Source: a virus
Lineage: Duplodnaviria; Caudoviricetes
Length of the DNA stretch: 40,977 bases
IMG/VR virus record: IMGVR_UViG_3300026262_000001
Location: 1 to 40,977 of that record
Reading direction: 5' to 3' (one strand)
Shown here: piece after piece, positions 26,200-35,559 of the stretch
Numbering within the stretch: position 1 is the stretch's first letter
Layout: each line of letters begins with the position of its first letter
Made by a program: the position numbers and the translations under genes
The notes under the pieces: generated by a model
Told to the model about the DNA's origin: nothing
Seen by the model: the letters and a program-made list of their open reading frames with translations, nothing else
Database searches by the model: none

Positions 26200-26318
26200 A
26201 TGAGGGCCGGCACCACTGCCTGGCATAGCCAGGGGAAGGCGGTAGGAGAGCAGAGGGCGGCACAGCAAGCCCTCTCCATCTCCGAAGCGGGTTCAAGTCC
26301 CGCCAGTGGCTTGCTCAT
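26200..26318 (+). ncRNA. tRNA-like structured RNA without a canonical anticodon arm
   Basis: T arm GCGGG-TTCAAGT-CCCGC (26287-303); CCACTG/CAGTGG closing stem; D-arm-like TAGCC-AGGGGAA-GGC; long AGAGGGC/GCCCTCT hairpin. Confidence 0.55.
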
Positions 26319-26319
26319 C

Positions 26320-26349
26320 AGCGATCACCCACCAAACGCCCCATCTCCT
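26320..26349 (+). promoter_or_regulatory. Class II promoter for HNH/terminase (probably leaderless mRNA)
   Basis: AGCG-atcacccaccaaa-CGCCCCATCTCCT, then cggcATG. Confidence 0.8.
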
Positions 26350-26353
26350 CGGC

Positions 26354-26746
26354 ATGAGCGAGACAGGCAAATCCTCAGGTCAGTGGAGAGACCGTCGCGG
26401 TAGCGCGTCCAGCCGGGGCTACGGCTCCCGGTGGCGGAAGCTGCGTGAGCGGGTCAAGCGCCGCGACAAGGGCCTGTGTCAGCCGTGCGAGAGGGTAGGG
26501 CGCGTGCGGCAGTATCATGCCGTCGACCACATCGTGAACAAAGCACGCGCAGACGCGCAGGAGCGGATCATCTCGGTCGATGGCACGCGCATGCATGTCG
26601 ATGACCTGAGAAATCTCCAGTGCATCTGCAAGCCGTGCCACGCCAAGAAGACCTCTGAAGAAGGCCGCAGCAGCCGCAGGAAGCCGCAGTTCGACAAGGA
26701 CGGATGGCTGATCGAGGAGCCCGAAAATCGGGGTTCTCACCAATGA
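26354..26746 (+). CDS. HNH endonuclease (HK97 gp74-like terminase cofactor)
   Basis: RGYGSRW, LCQPC, VDHI, NLQCICKPCHAKKT; upstream of terS. Confidence 0.9.
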   Translation: MSETGKSSGQWRDRRGSASSRGYGSRWRKLRERVKRRDKGLCQPCERVGRVRQYHAVDHIVNKARADAQERIISVDGTRMHVDDLRNLQCICKPCHAKKTSEEGRSSRRKPQFDKDGWLIEEPENRGSHQ

Positions 26747-26764
26747 CCCGGAAAATTCGAAAAT

Positions 26765-26850
26765 CCGAGACCCGGGGGGTGGTCGAAACTCTGGGCCGCC
26801 CGATTAGGGACCGGCGGGGGGGAGGTGACTTTTCTCAATGTCAAAATTGG
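26765..26850. other. Probable cos packaging region
   Basis: G-rich CCCGGGGGGTGGTCGAAA...GACCGGCGGGGGG between HNH and terS, the usual position in HK97-like phages; cut site not determined. Confidence 0.5.
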
Positions 26851-26866
26851 AAGGAAAAAAGCTCCA

Positions 26867-27337
26867 ATGAGTAAAGGGCGAAAGCGCATTCCAGAGCATC
26901 TGAAGGTCGTCCGCGGCACCGATCGGGCTGACCGCCGGAATGACGACGCCCCGACGCCTGCTCGGGCCCGTCCGCCGATGCCAGAGACGCTCTCCACCAC
27001 TGCCCAGGAGAACTGGCCGCGCTTTTGCGACCTTCTGGATGGCATGGGTGTCCTCACCGTGGCCGACGAGCTGGCGCTTGAGCAATGTGTCGAGGCCTAT
27101 GCCGATTGGCGCCAGGCGATGGAGATCATCGCCGCTGAAGGCACACACTACGAGACCACCTCTCAATCGGGCGGAACGATGATCCGGGCGCACCCCGCAG
27201 TGGCGATGCGCTCTGACGCGGCGCGCCGGTTCCAGTCTCTCATGTCGGAGTTCGGATTGACGCCTGCCTCGCGCTCGAAGGTCAGCGCCCAGGGTGGAGA
27301 GGGAGAGGTCGATGACCCGGCATCCAAGTATTTCTGA
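26867..27337 (+). CDS. terS: Terminase small subunit (P27 family)
   Basis: GRKRIPEHLKVVRG, HPAVAM, EFGLTPASRSKV. Confidence 0.92.
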   Translation: MSKGRKRIPEHLKVVRGTDRADRRNDDAPTPARARPPMPETLSTTAQENWPRFCDLLDGMGVLTVADELALEQCVEAYADWRQAMEIIAAEGTHYETTSQSGGTMIRAHPAVAMRSDAARRFQSLMSEFGLTPASRSKVSAQGGEGEVDDPASKYF

Positions 27338-29120
27338 GGATGACTGCCCGGTTCGCCTCTATGCTGAGGCCGTCGTTTCCGGTGAGGAAATCGCCGGGCC
27401 CCATGTCCGCGCCGCCTGCCAGAGGCACCTCGATGACCTGGAGAACGGACACGAGCGGGGGCTCTGGTTCGATTACGAAGCCTGTCAGCGCGTTCTGTCT
27501 TTCTTTCCAGATGTGCTGCGCCTGAATGGTGGCCAGTTCGAAGGCATCCCGTTCGACCTGCATCCCTCTCAGGCATTCATTGTCGGGTCCCTGTTCGGGT
27601 GGAAGATAGCGAGCGGTGCGCGCCGCTTCCGCACCTCATACATCGAGATGGGCAAGGGTAACGGCAAGTCTCCTCTGGCTGGCGGTATCGGTCTCTACAT
27701 GATGACGGCAGACCACGAACCAGGCGCCGAGATCTACGCAGCTGCGACGAAGACTGAGCAGGCTCGCATCCTGTTCAAGGATGCTGTGAAGATGGTTCAG
27801 CAATCGCCGGCTTTGTCTGCGCGTCTCGAGCTGTCGGGAAACAACCCCGTCCATACGATCAGCCGCCTGAAAGACGGCTCGTTCTTCAAGCCGATCTCGA
27901 AGGAAAGCGGCAAGACTGGCTCGGGGCCGCGTCCTCATTGCGGTCTGATCGACGAGCTGCACGAGCATCCGAACCGCGACATCACCGAGATGATCGAGCG
28001 GGGCTTCAAGTTTCGACAGAACCCGCTTCTGTTCCAAATCACCAACTCCGGCTCCGACCGGAACAGCTATTGCTTCGAGCAGCACGAGCTGGCGGTGAAG
28101 GCTGCGCATCGCTCACATGAGCCGGCTGAACTCGCATCCCTTGATCGCCTCTTCTCCTATGTCTGCGCCCTCGATGAGGGAGACGATCCCCTGGCTGTGG
28201 ATTTCGATGAGGATGGCAAGCCGATCCATCCTGTCGATGTATGGAAGAAAGCCAACCCGCTCCTGGGGACGATCCTGACGGAGGAATACCTGGCAGGTGT
28301 CGCGGCTGATGCTCGCACTGCCAAGGGCAAGGCCAACGGCATCAAGCGACTTCATTTCTGCCAGTGGACAGACGCTGAGTCCGCGTGGCTCGACCGGACA
28401 ATCTGGGAAGCTGCGGAAGACTCCTCGCTCACTGAGGAGGAGTTCTACGATCTCGATGTTGAGGCCGTTGTGGGTCTCGATCTCGGCGCAAAGCAAGACC
28501 TCACCGGCTTGGCAAAGGTCTTTCCAGACGGAAAGACGGAGGATGGCAAGCCGAAGTTCGCTTTGATTGTGACGGGATACACACCGGCCGACACGCTGCG
28601 TGAGAGAGCGAAACGGGACAGCGCCAGATATGTGGAGTGGGTCGATGAGGGATATCTCAACACCACACCAGGGAAGGTCACGCAGTATGAATGGGTGGTC
28701 AAAGATCTGGTCGACTTCCAGGAGAAGATCGCGATCCGGGCCATCGCCTATGACAAGTGGATGTTCTCGAAGTTCGAGGATGCCCTCGATGAGTTCCAGG
28801 TCGAGTTCAACACTGTAGAGCATCCCCAAGGCCCGAAGCGTCGCAAAGACACCCCGCTTTGCATGAACGACAGCGTGGAGATGTTCGAGGAGTTGCTTCT
28901 CGAGAAGCGCCTCAGGATCGCTGTCAATCCCGCTCTCCGATCTGCGATTTCCTCGGCCGTGGTGGTCGAGACAGCCACCGGCCAGCGGTTCCTGGACAAG
29001 AAGAAATCAACTGCCCGGATCGACCTTGCAGTCGCCGCAGTCATGGCGGTCGGCGCGGCAAGCGAAGCGCATCTGAACGCCCCATCTTCCAAGGGAACAC
29101 CAAGGGCCCGTCTTGCATGA
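27312..29120 (+). CDS. terL: Terminase large subunit
   Basis: GKGNGKS Walker A, IDELHEH Walker B, GLDLG, RIDLAVA. Confidence 0.95.
   Translation: MTRHPSISEDDCPVRLYAEAVVSGEEIAGPHVRAACQRHLDDLENGHERGLWFDYEACQRVLSFFPDVLRLNGGQFEGIPFDLHPSQAFIVGSLFGWKIASGARRFRTSYIEMGKGNGKSPLAGGIGLYMMTADHEPGAEIYAAATKTEQARILFKDAVKMVQQSPALSARLELSGNNPVHTISRLKDGSFFKPISKESGKTGSGPRPHCGLIDELHEHPNRDITEMIERGFKFRQNPLLFQITNSGSDRNSYCFEQHELAVKAAHRSHEPAELASLDRLFSYVCALDEGDDPLAVDFDEDGKPIHPVDVWKKANPLLGTILTEEYLAGVAADARTAKGKANGIKRLHFCQWTDAESAWLDRTIWEAAEDSSLTEEEFYDLDVEAVVGLDLGAKQDLTGLAKVFPDGKTEDGKPKFALIVTGYTPADTLRERAKRDSARYVEWVDEGYLNTTPGKVTQYEWVVKDLVDFQEKIAIRAIAYDKWMFSKFEDALDEFQVEFNTVEHPQGPKRRKDTPLCMNDSVEMFEELLLEKRLRIAVNPALRSAISSAVVVETATGQRFLDKKKSTARIDLAVAAVMAVGAASEAHLNAPSSKGTPRARLA
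29061..29090 (+). promoter_or_regulatory. Class II promoter embedded in terL 3' end, for portal
   Basis: AGCG-aagcgcatctgaa-CGCCCCATCTTCC. Confidence 0.7.
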
Positions 29121-30433
29121 GCATTATCAGCAATATCCGCATGTCCGCCGCCAGGCTCATCGCACCATCGAACTCGACAGCGAATTCGAGTGAAATCCGG
29201 CGTGGAGCTGGGATGTTCAGCACCTTCGTTCGAGGTGAGGGCGGGAATATCTCTGAGAGTTCTGCGCTCAGCATCTCGGCGGTATATGCCTGCACGCAAA
29301 TTGTCTCGGGTGCGATCGCATCGCTTCCGATGCACATCTACAAGCGCGAAACGGACGGCGACAAAATCCGCGACTACAATCATGACCTGTGGTGGGTTTT
29401 GAATGAAGAGTTTTCGCCGCGTTGGACAGCCGCTGCCGGGTGGCAGTTCCTGGTTGCTTCGAAGCTTCTGCATGGGAACGCTTACGCAGAAATCGTTCGA
29501 AGCAAATCCGGTCGGGTCAAGGCACTCATTCCAATCCACCCCTCTCGGGTGAGGCCGATTGCGACGGAGGACGGTAGCCGTTTGGTCTATGAGGTTGCGC
29601 CGGATACGACCATCGACAAGCCCTCAGCTGAAGCATCCAAGACCCGGATCATTGACCAGGACGACATGATCCATGTTGCCGGCCTTGGGTTTGATGGGGT
29701 GAAGGGGATTTCTCCGCTCAGTCATTGGCTGAACAACCCGGCTCACATCGCGCGCGAGTCGCAACGCTTCGCTCGTAGCTTCCTGGAGAACAACAGCCGG
29801 CCTGACTTCTACATCAAGTCTGAGCAGAACCTGACCGATGATCAGTTCAACGATCTCAAGGAGATGCTCGAACAGCATCGCAGTCCCGCGAATGCGGGAA
29901 AGGCGATGATCCTCGAGGGTGGAATGGAAGTCTGCCCAATCACGATGCCGCTCAAAGACATGCAGCTTCTTGAGACGCGCAAGTTCCAGGTCGAGGAAAT
30001 CTGCCGCGTCTACGGCGTGCCGCCGTTCATGGTGGGGCATACCGAGAAGACAACGAGCTGGGGTTCGGGTGTCTCCGAGATGGGGCAAGGCTTCGTGCGC
30101 TTTACGCTTCGAGATCACCTCAGCGCCTTCACCGCAGAACTGAACCGGAAAATCTTTCGGCGCTCCATGTTCTGCACCGAGTTTGACACCCGTGAGCTTG
30201 AGCGCGCCAACACCAAAGAACTGTTCGAAGCCCTGCGGATCGCGCTCGGCCGAGCGGGTGAGCAGCCTTTCATGAACATTGGAGAAGTCCGTGAATTCAT
30301 TTCACTTCCGCGCAATGCAGAGCTTCCGAAGGCTATCACTGCCGGATCTGCTCAGTCTGAGCCCAAATCCGAGCCGGCCGTCGAGCCGGGAGATGACACC
30401 CCCGACGACGGAGACCTCGATGCGCAATCGTAA
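29117..30433 (+). CDS. Portal protein (HK97 family)
   Basis: SAVYAC, LLHGNAYAEI, G-SPL, DMQLLETRKF, EICRVYGVPP. Confidence 0.95.
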   Translation: MSIISNIRMSAARLIAPSNSTANSSEIRRGAGMFSTFVRGEGGNISESSALSISAVYACTQIVSGAIASLPMHIYKRETDGDKIRDYNHDLWWVLNEEFSPRWTAAAGWQFLVASKLLHGNAYAEIVRSKSGRVKALIPIHPSRVRPIATEDGSRLVYEVAPDTTIDKPSAEASKTRIIDQDDMIHVAGLGFDGVKGISPLSHWLNNPAHIARESQRFARSFLENNSRPDFYIKSEQNLTDDQFNDLKEMLEQHRSPANAGKAMILEGGMEVCPITMPLKDMQLLETRKFQVEEICRVYGVPPFMVGHTEKTTSWGSGVSEMGQGFVRFTLRDHLSAFTAELNRKIFRRSMFCTEFDTRELERANTKELFEALRIALGRAGEQPFMNIGEVREFISLPRNAELPKAITAGSAQSEPKSEPAVEPGDDTPDDGDLDAQS

Positions 30434-31226
30434 CCCCAACCAGATCAAGCTTCGCCTGGCGAACAAGGACAAAGGCTCCTTCCGTGCGGAGGGCAACGAC
30501 CTTTTCCTGTATGACGCGATCGCCTCGGATGACGAGGAAGCAATGTGGCTCGGTGGCATTTCCCCGAACATGTTCCGGGAAAAGCTCTTCCAGATGGATG
30601 GGCCGGTCCGCATTCGACACAACAGCCCCGGCGGGTCGGTGTTCGGCGCTCAAGCGATGATTGCTGCGATGCATGACTACCCGCACGAGATCACCTCACA
30701 GATCGACAGCCTTTCCGCATCGGCGGCATCCGTCATCGCTGCGAACTCGGATCGCGTTGTGATGATCCCTGGGGCGATGATGATGATCCACAACGCCTGG
30801 ACCATCTCGATGGGAGATCGTCACGACCTTCGTGCCGAGGCTGACCTGCTGGAGCAAATCGATGGCGAGATCGCCGGCGCCTATGCCCGAAAAGCCGGGA
30901 ACAAGACCGACTGGGCTGCCGAGATGAACAAGGAGTCTTGGTATGGGGCTGCCGCTGCCCTTGCGAAGGGCCTGTCTGACGAGACCATCGAAGCCTCGCC
31001 GCGTGCCTCTCAGAACCGTTGGGATCTCTCTGCATTCAAGAACACGCCGAAGCCTGCGGAGGAGGTGGCGCCGGTCGTTGATGAGGTTCCCCATGTTGAG
31101 CTGCCGGATGGCGCGACAATCACGGAAGAGCCGAAGATCGAAGAAGCAGATCGCGACGCGGAAATTCAGGCCCGCGAGATGGAGAGCCGCAAGCGGCGCG
31201 TGGCTCTGATCGAAAAAGGCATCTGA
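30420..31226 (+). CDS. Head maturation protease, ClpP-like
   Basis: NSPGGSV, SASAAS, MMIHNAW. Confidence 0.92.
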   Translation: MRNRNPNQIKLRLANKDKGSFRAEGNDLFLYDAIASDDEEAMWLGGISPNMFREKLFQMDGPVRIRHNSPGGSVFGAQAMIAAMHDYPHEITSQIDSLSASAASVIAANSDRVVMIPGAMMMIHNAWTISMGDRHDLRAEADLLEQIDGEIAGAYARKAGNKTDWAAEMNKESWYGAAAALAKGLSDETIEASPRASQNRWDLSAFKNTPKPAEEVAPVVDEVPHVELPDGATITEEPKIEEADRDAEIQAREMESRKRRVALIEKGI

Positions 31227-31231
31227 TCGCA

Positions 31232-31261
31232 AGCGAAGTATAGGGAAACGCCCCATCTCCT
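31232..31261 (+). promoter_or_regulatory. Class II promoter for major capsid gene
   Basis: AGCG-aagtatagggaaa-CGCCCCATCTCCT. Confidence 0.8.
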
Positions 31262-31323
31262 CGAAAGAACAAAACACGAACGCGGCCCGCGAAGGGCGAT
31301 CATCGAGCAGGAGTTGAAGAACG

Positions 31324-32541
31324 ATGAAATCCATTCAGGCACTTCGCGAGAAGCGTGCTGCGAAAGGCGCAGAACTCAAGGCTCTCGTCGAGAAAGACGG
31401 TGAGTTCACCGATGCTGATCAGTTCACCTACGAAGCCGGCATGGCAGAGGTCGATCGCATCGATGCTGAGATCGAGCGCATCCAGGCGGTCAATGCCCGC
31501 CTTGCAGACGACACTCGCAGCGTCGAGAACCATATCGAAGCTGCGAAGCGCGTTGAGCGTGACACCGGCAAGTCCACCTCGGTCTACCAGAAGTGGCTGC
31601 GCGGCGGCGACAAGGCCCTGAACAGCGCTGACTGGGAAGAGGTTCGCGCGGCCCTTTCGACCGGCACCGACACCGAAGGTGGCTTCACGGTCGACTCTGA
31701 TGTCACCAAGTCCGTCATTGACGCCATGAAGGCTTACGGCGGGATGCGCAATCTCGCGACCGTTCTTCAGACCGAAGGTGGCAACGCGCTGTCGTTCCCC
31801 AAGTCTGACGGCACCAACGAGATCGGCGAGATCGTCCCCGAGAACGCTGCCGCCACTGACGAGGATGTTTCGTTCGCGTCCGTCGGCCTTCCGGTCTTCA
31901 AGTATTCCTCGAAGGTTGTGACTGTTCCCTGGGAGCTCCTCCAGGACAGCTCGATTGATGTCGAGGGCTTTGTCCGCGGCCGCCTCGTGACCCGCCTTGG
32001 TCGGATCACCAACCGCCACTTCGTCATCGGCAACGGCAACGGCCAGCCGACTGGCGTTCAGGTTGGCGCGACTGTTGGTGTCACCGGCGCTGCCGGAACC
32101 GCCACGACCATCGACTACGATATGCTCGTGGATCTCCAGCACTCCGTCGATCCGGCCTACCGGAACGGCAAAGACGGCTGGCTGATGAACGACAAGACCC
32201 TCGCTGTCGTGCGGAAGATCAAGGACGCCAACGGCCGCCCGATCTTCGTTCCCGGCTATGAGACCGGCCCCGCCGGTGGCGCTCCGGACACCCTCCTGGG
32301 CCGTCCGATCTACATCAACCAGGACATGCCGGACCTGGGCGCGTCGAAGAAGGCAATCCTCTACGGCGACTTCTCCGGCTACTACATCCGCGATGTCATG
32401 GGCGTCACGATGTTCCGCTTCGACGACAGCGCCTACGCCAAGCGCGGTCAGGTCGGCTTCCTTGCCTGGCTCCGCTCCGGCGGAAACCTGATCGACGGAA
32501 ACGCGATCCGGGCTCTGAAGCAAGGCACTGCCCCGGCCTAA
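31324..32541 (+). CDS. Major capsid protein (HK97 fold)
   Basis: Coiled-coil delta domain, EGGFTV, ELLQDS, KDANGRP, LLGRP, GDFS. Confidence 0.96.
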   Translation: MKSIQALREKRAAKGAELKALVEKDGEFTDADQFTYEAGMAEVDRIDAEIERIQAVNARLADDTRSVENHIEAAKRVERDTGKSTSVYQKWLRGGDKALNSADWEEVRAALSTGTDTEGGFTVDSDVTKSVIDAMKAYGGMRNLATVLQTEGGNALSFPKSDGTNEIGEIVPENAAATDEDVSFASVGLPVFKYSSKVVTVPWELLQDSSIDVEGFVRGRLVTRLGRITNRHFVIGNGNGQPTGVQVGATVGVTGAAGTATTIDYDMLVDLQHSVDPAYRNGKDGWLMNDKTLAVVRKIKDANGRPIFVPGYETGPAGGAPDTLLGRPIYINQDMPDLGASKKAILYGDFSGYYIRDVMGVTMFRFDDSAYAKRGQVGFLAWLRSGGNLIDGNAIRALKQGTAPA

Positions 32542-32553
32542 GATGACCGAGAC

Positions 32554-32583
32554 GGGGGCGCCGCGAGGCGCCCCTTCTTCTTT
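32554..32583 (+). terminator. Terminator after capsid gene
   Basis: GGGGCGCC-gcga-GGCGCCCC followed by ttcttcttt. Confidence 0.75.
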
Positions 32584-32603
32584 CAGCGATCTGAGGTGAG
32601 CGC

Positions 32604-33161
32604 ATGGCGCGCAGATTTTTCACTCCCTCTGTCGCGCCGACGCAGCCAATCGTCTCACTCGATGACATGAAGCTCCATCTCCGGCGTGACGATGATGACG
32701 ACAACGCCGCCATCATGGACGCAGAGGCAGCGGCTGTGCGTCACATCGAGAGCCTTGTAAATCGCCTTATGCCGGCGCGGCCGGCTGTGCTCCGCCTTGC
32801 ATGTCTTCCATATGGCCGTAGTGCGGTGGAGCTTCCTGGCGGTGATGTGCAATCCCTCGATGGCATCACCATCAACGGCGTAGAGTTCGCTCCCGACGCA
32901 TTCATCGTTCTTGGGGGCGGTCCGGCGAAACTGATCCCTTCCATCGACTGGCCTGCTGTTTCTGATCCGGACCAATACCCCGTCGAGATCCGATACACCG
33001 TCGGATATTCGGAGGTGCCCGCCGACTTGAAGGCGGCGGTGAAGCTGCTTGCCGCTCATTTCTATGAGAACCGGGAGGCCGTAGTTCTGGGGGCTGCCGC
33101 CTCTACGCTTCCATTCGCAGTTGATGCCCTGGTTGCGCAGCACAGGATCAAGGCGAGATGA
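32604..33161 (+). CDS. Head-tail connector (gp6-like)
   Basis: VSLDDMKLHLR...VPADLKAAVKLLAAHFYENRE. Confidence 0.9.
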   Translation: MARRFFTPSVAPTQPIVSLDDMKLHLRRDDDDDNAAIMDAEAAAVRHIESLVNRLMPARPAVLRLACLPYGRSAVELPGGDVQSLDGITINGVEFAPDAFIVLGGGPAKLIPSIDWPAVSDPDQYPVEIRYTVGYSEVPADLKAAVKLLAAHFYENREAVVLGAAASTLPFAVDALVAQHRIKAR

Positions 33162-33493
33162 GCGCAGGAAAATATGACCAGCGCATCCGACTCGAGCGTG
33201 CCATCCGTGTCGACGACGGTTTCACCTCGGCAGGTGCAGCCACTTGGCAGCCAATCGCGACCGTCTGGGCGGAGGCCGTTCCGGTGCGCGACGGAGAGAA
33301 GATCGCAGCTGGCCAGGTAATCGCGACGAGCATGTATCGCTTCAAGGTCCGGCATTCCTCGAAGGTTGCCGACCTCGGCCCGGCCGATCGCATTGTATTC
33401 AAGGGGCGCGTATATGACATCGCAGGCATCAAGCCTGGCCCTGATCGCAATCGAGAAGTCGAAATCACCGCGGTCGCGGAGGTGTCGGCATGA
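33158..33493 (+). CDS. Head closure protein
   Basis: AGKYDQRI...ATVWA...DRIVFKGRVYDI. Confidence 0.9.
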   Translation: MSAGKYDQRIRLERAIRVDDGFTSAGAATWQPIATVWAEAVPVRDGEKIAAGQVIATSMYRFKVRHSSKVADLGPADRIVFKGRVYDIAGIKPGPDRNREVEITAVAEVSA

Positions 33494-34047
33494 GCTACAA
33501 GAACCACCGGCAGCACGGAATGAAGTTCCGGATCGAGGGCTTCCAGGAAATTGACAAGGCCCTCGGCGATCTGAGCCTCACGCACGCCAAGCAGGCGACG
33601 CGACGCGCCATGAAGAAGTCGCTTCAGCCTGTTGCCGATCGCGCCAAGGAACTCGCCCCCGAAGACGACGGGCAGCTCAAAGATGCGATTGCGGTATCGA
33701 CTCGACTGACCGCGCGGCAGCGGCGCCACAACCGGAAGAACCCGGGCCAGGTGAACATGTTTGTCGGCCCCGGTGAGGGCGCGCCACATGGCACGCTCCA
33801 AGAGCATGGCACTGAGCACCACGCACCGCAGCCGTTTCTTACGCCTGCTTGGGAGCAGCTCAAGCATGCCGTCCTGGAGAAGCTCAAGATCGAGATGTGG
33901 GAAGCAATCAAGCGCCGGCACCGACTGAATGCGAACAAGGCTGCTCGCGAAGCGAAGAAGGCTGAGATCGCGAAGAACGGCGCGCCGGCAGGAAGCTACT
34001 TCGATAAAGGCGGTCGTCTTCGCGATGCCGAGGGGAGGTTCATCTGA
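33490..34047 (+). CDS. HK97 gp10-family tail completion protein
   Basis: APEDDGQLKDAI, EHGTEHHAPQPFLTPAW. Confidence 0.88.
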   Translation: MSYKNHRQHGMKFRIEGFQEIDKALGDLSLTHAKQATRRAMKKSLQPVADRAKELAPEDDGQLKDAIAVSTRLTARQRRHNRKNPGQVNMFVGPGEGAPHGTLQEHGTEHHAPQPFLTPAWEQLKHAVLEKLKIEMWEAIKRRHRLNANKAAREAKKAEIAKNGAPAGSYFDKGGRLRDAEGRFI

Positions 34048-34412
34048 TGATGGAGCAAGAACTTCGCGCCCTGATCGGGACGGCGACCACGGCCCCCGTG
34101 GATTGGGGTGCCCGGCCGCAGGGTGCGCCGTATCCGGGGGTTGTGCTGAACTCCATGTCGCGCGTGCCCGGGCAGGCCTACACAGGCCCTGACGGTGTGT
34201 CGTCGTCGCGTATCCAGATCGATGTTTATGCGAAGACCTACGGCGAGGCGAAGATGATAGCCCGCGCTATCGAAGCCGCAATTGACGGCCACCGGAATGG
34301 TGCCATCCTGCGCATCTCGCTCGAGAACGAAACAGACATGCGAGATCCCGGCGACGAGGCAAATCGCCCCTTCCGAGTGAAGCAGGATTTTCGCGTGCAT
34401 TGGCGGACCTGA
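34047..34412 (+). CDS. Tail terminator (DUF3168-like)
   Basis: RIQIDVYAKTY motif and position. Confidence 0.8.
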   Translation: MMEQELRALIGTATTAPVDWGARPQGAPYPGVVLNSMSRVPGQAYTGPDGVSSSRIQIDVYAKTYGEAKMIARAIEAAIDGHRNGAILRISLENETDMRDPGDEANRPFRVKQDFRVHWRT

Positions 34413-34416
34413 CGCA

Positions 34417-34446
34417 AGCGAACATTCCGAAAACGCCCCATCTCCT
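34417..34446 (+). promoter_or_regulatory. Class II promoter for major tail gene
   Basis: AGCG-aacattccgaaaa-CGCCCCATCTCCT. Confidence 0.8.
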
Positions 34447-34478
34447 CATCAATAGAAAACACCAGCCGAGGATGAGGG

Positions 34479-34898
34479 ATGGTAGACGAAGTTGATATTG
34501 GCCACGGCTCCAGGGTCGAGCTCGGCGTTGAAGACGGAATGGGCGCAGTGACCTGGACCGAGGTTACGCCGCTCTATGATTTCCAGCCTCCGGCTCCGAC
34601 CTATGACGAAATCGACACTACGCATTTCGGCAGCCCGAACCGGACGAAGGAATTCAAGCCGTCCCTGAAGGACAACGGCGAGTCCTCCCTGACTTTTGCC
34701 TACATGCCCGGTTCTGCTCTCGATCTCGCCATGACTGCGTCTGAAGGCAAAACCCGTCAGCTTCGCTTCACACTGAATGGCGCCGATCCGGAAGTCTATG
34801 CGGTCTTTCTGAAGCAGCATCAGCGCAACATTCCGATGGACGACAAGATGGTCTCCGTGGCGTCCTTCCGCGTCTCGGCAAAGATCGAGGCAGTGTAA
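34479..34898 (+). CDS. Major tail tube protein
   Basis: DEIDTTHFGSPNRTKEFKPSLKDNGE; position. Confidence 0.88.
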   Translation: MVDEVDIGHGSRVELGVEDGMGAVTWTEVTPLYDFQPPAPTYDEIDTTHFGSPNRTKEFKPSLKDNGESSLTFAYMPGSALDLAMTASEGKTRQLRFTLNGADPEVYAVFLKQHQRNIPMDDKMVSVASFRVSAKIEAV

Positions 34899-35236
34899 TG
34901 GCGAACAAGATCAAGGGCGAAATCTCAGTCAAGCACGAGGGCAAAGACTACACTCTCAAGATCGACATGAATGTCATCGCCGAGATCGAAGACGAGCTCG
35001 ACGAGGGATGGGGCATTTTCGAGGGCCGCATGGCGGCCGGCACGGCTCGCGTGAAGCACATGCGCACCGTTCTGTTTCACTCGATGCGGGAGAACCATCC
35101 GGAAGCGACAGTCAAACTCGCTGGCGACATCCTTTCCGAGGACGCCGAGGTGTTCGGTCGTCTTCTCTCGGCTGCCTATCCTGATGCGCCTGCTGATGGG
35201 GAAACCCCCGAGGGAAACGCGCCAGCGGCGGCGTAA
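34898..35236 (+). CDS. Tail assembly chaperone (gpG-like)
   Basis: Between tail tube and tape measure; ends in the slippery G GGA AAC. Confidence 0.85.
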   Translation: MANKIKGEISVKHEGKDYTLKIDMNVIAEIEDELDEGWGIFEGRMAAGTARVKHMRTVLFHSMRENHPEATVKLAGDILSEDAEVFGRLLSAAYPDAPADGETPEGNAPAAA

Positions 35237-35559
35237 GCCGCCGCTTCGATCTTCAGGAGCTCCTGATCCAAGCAAAGTCGGTTGGCATCTCAGAGGAAGA
35301 GTTCTGGAGTATGTCGCCGCGCCAATACTGGATCGCGATGGAGGCGAAGGGGCGGGAGCGGAAACATGAGCGCCAGGAGAGAGATCGCCACGCTTGGATG
35401 ACCGCGAAACTCCACCGGGCCGAGAAGATCCCGAAGCTTGAGGATCTGATCTCCGACCGGCCCCGCAAGACCATCGAGCAATCGATGGAGGAACTGAGAA
35501 CGAGAACGGCACACCTGCCGACGATGACCTGGGAAGAGTTCAAGAGGAGCCGCACATGA
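35212..35559 (+). CDS. Tail assembly chaperone -1 frameshift extension (gpT-like)
   Basis: -1 frame open from GGGAAAC (35212-18): KRASGG...GISEEEFWSMSPRQY...; hairpin at 35224-35245. Confidence 0.85.
   Translation, partial: GKRASGGVSRRFDLQELLIQAKSVGISEEEFWSMSPRQYWIAMEAKGRERKHERQERDRHAWMTAKLHRAEKIPKLEDLISDRPRKTIEQSMEELRTRTAHLPTMTWEEFKRSRT

Noticed and set aside
26213-26310. Canonical tRNA call
   Set aside because: The 7 nt before the D-arm-like segment do not pair with the 3' strand, there is no 7-nt anticodon loop, and there is no CCA.
26200-26403. 67-aa ORF over the tRNA-like region
   Set aside because: No RBS or motif, it overlaps the HNH gene and its promoter, and RNA structure explains the region better.
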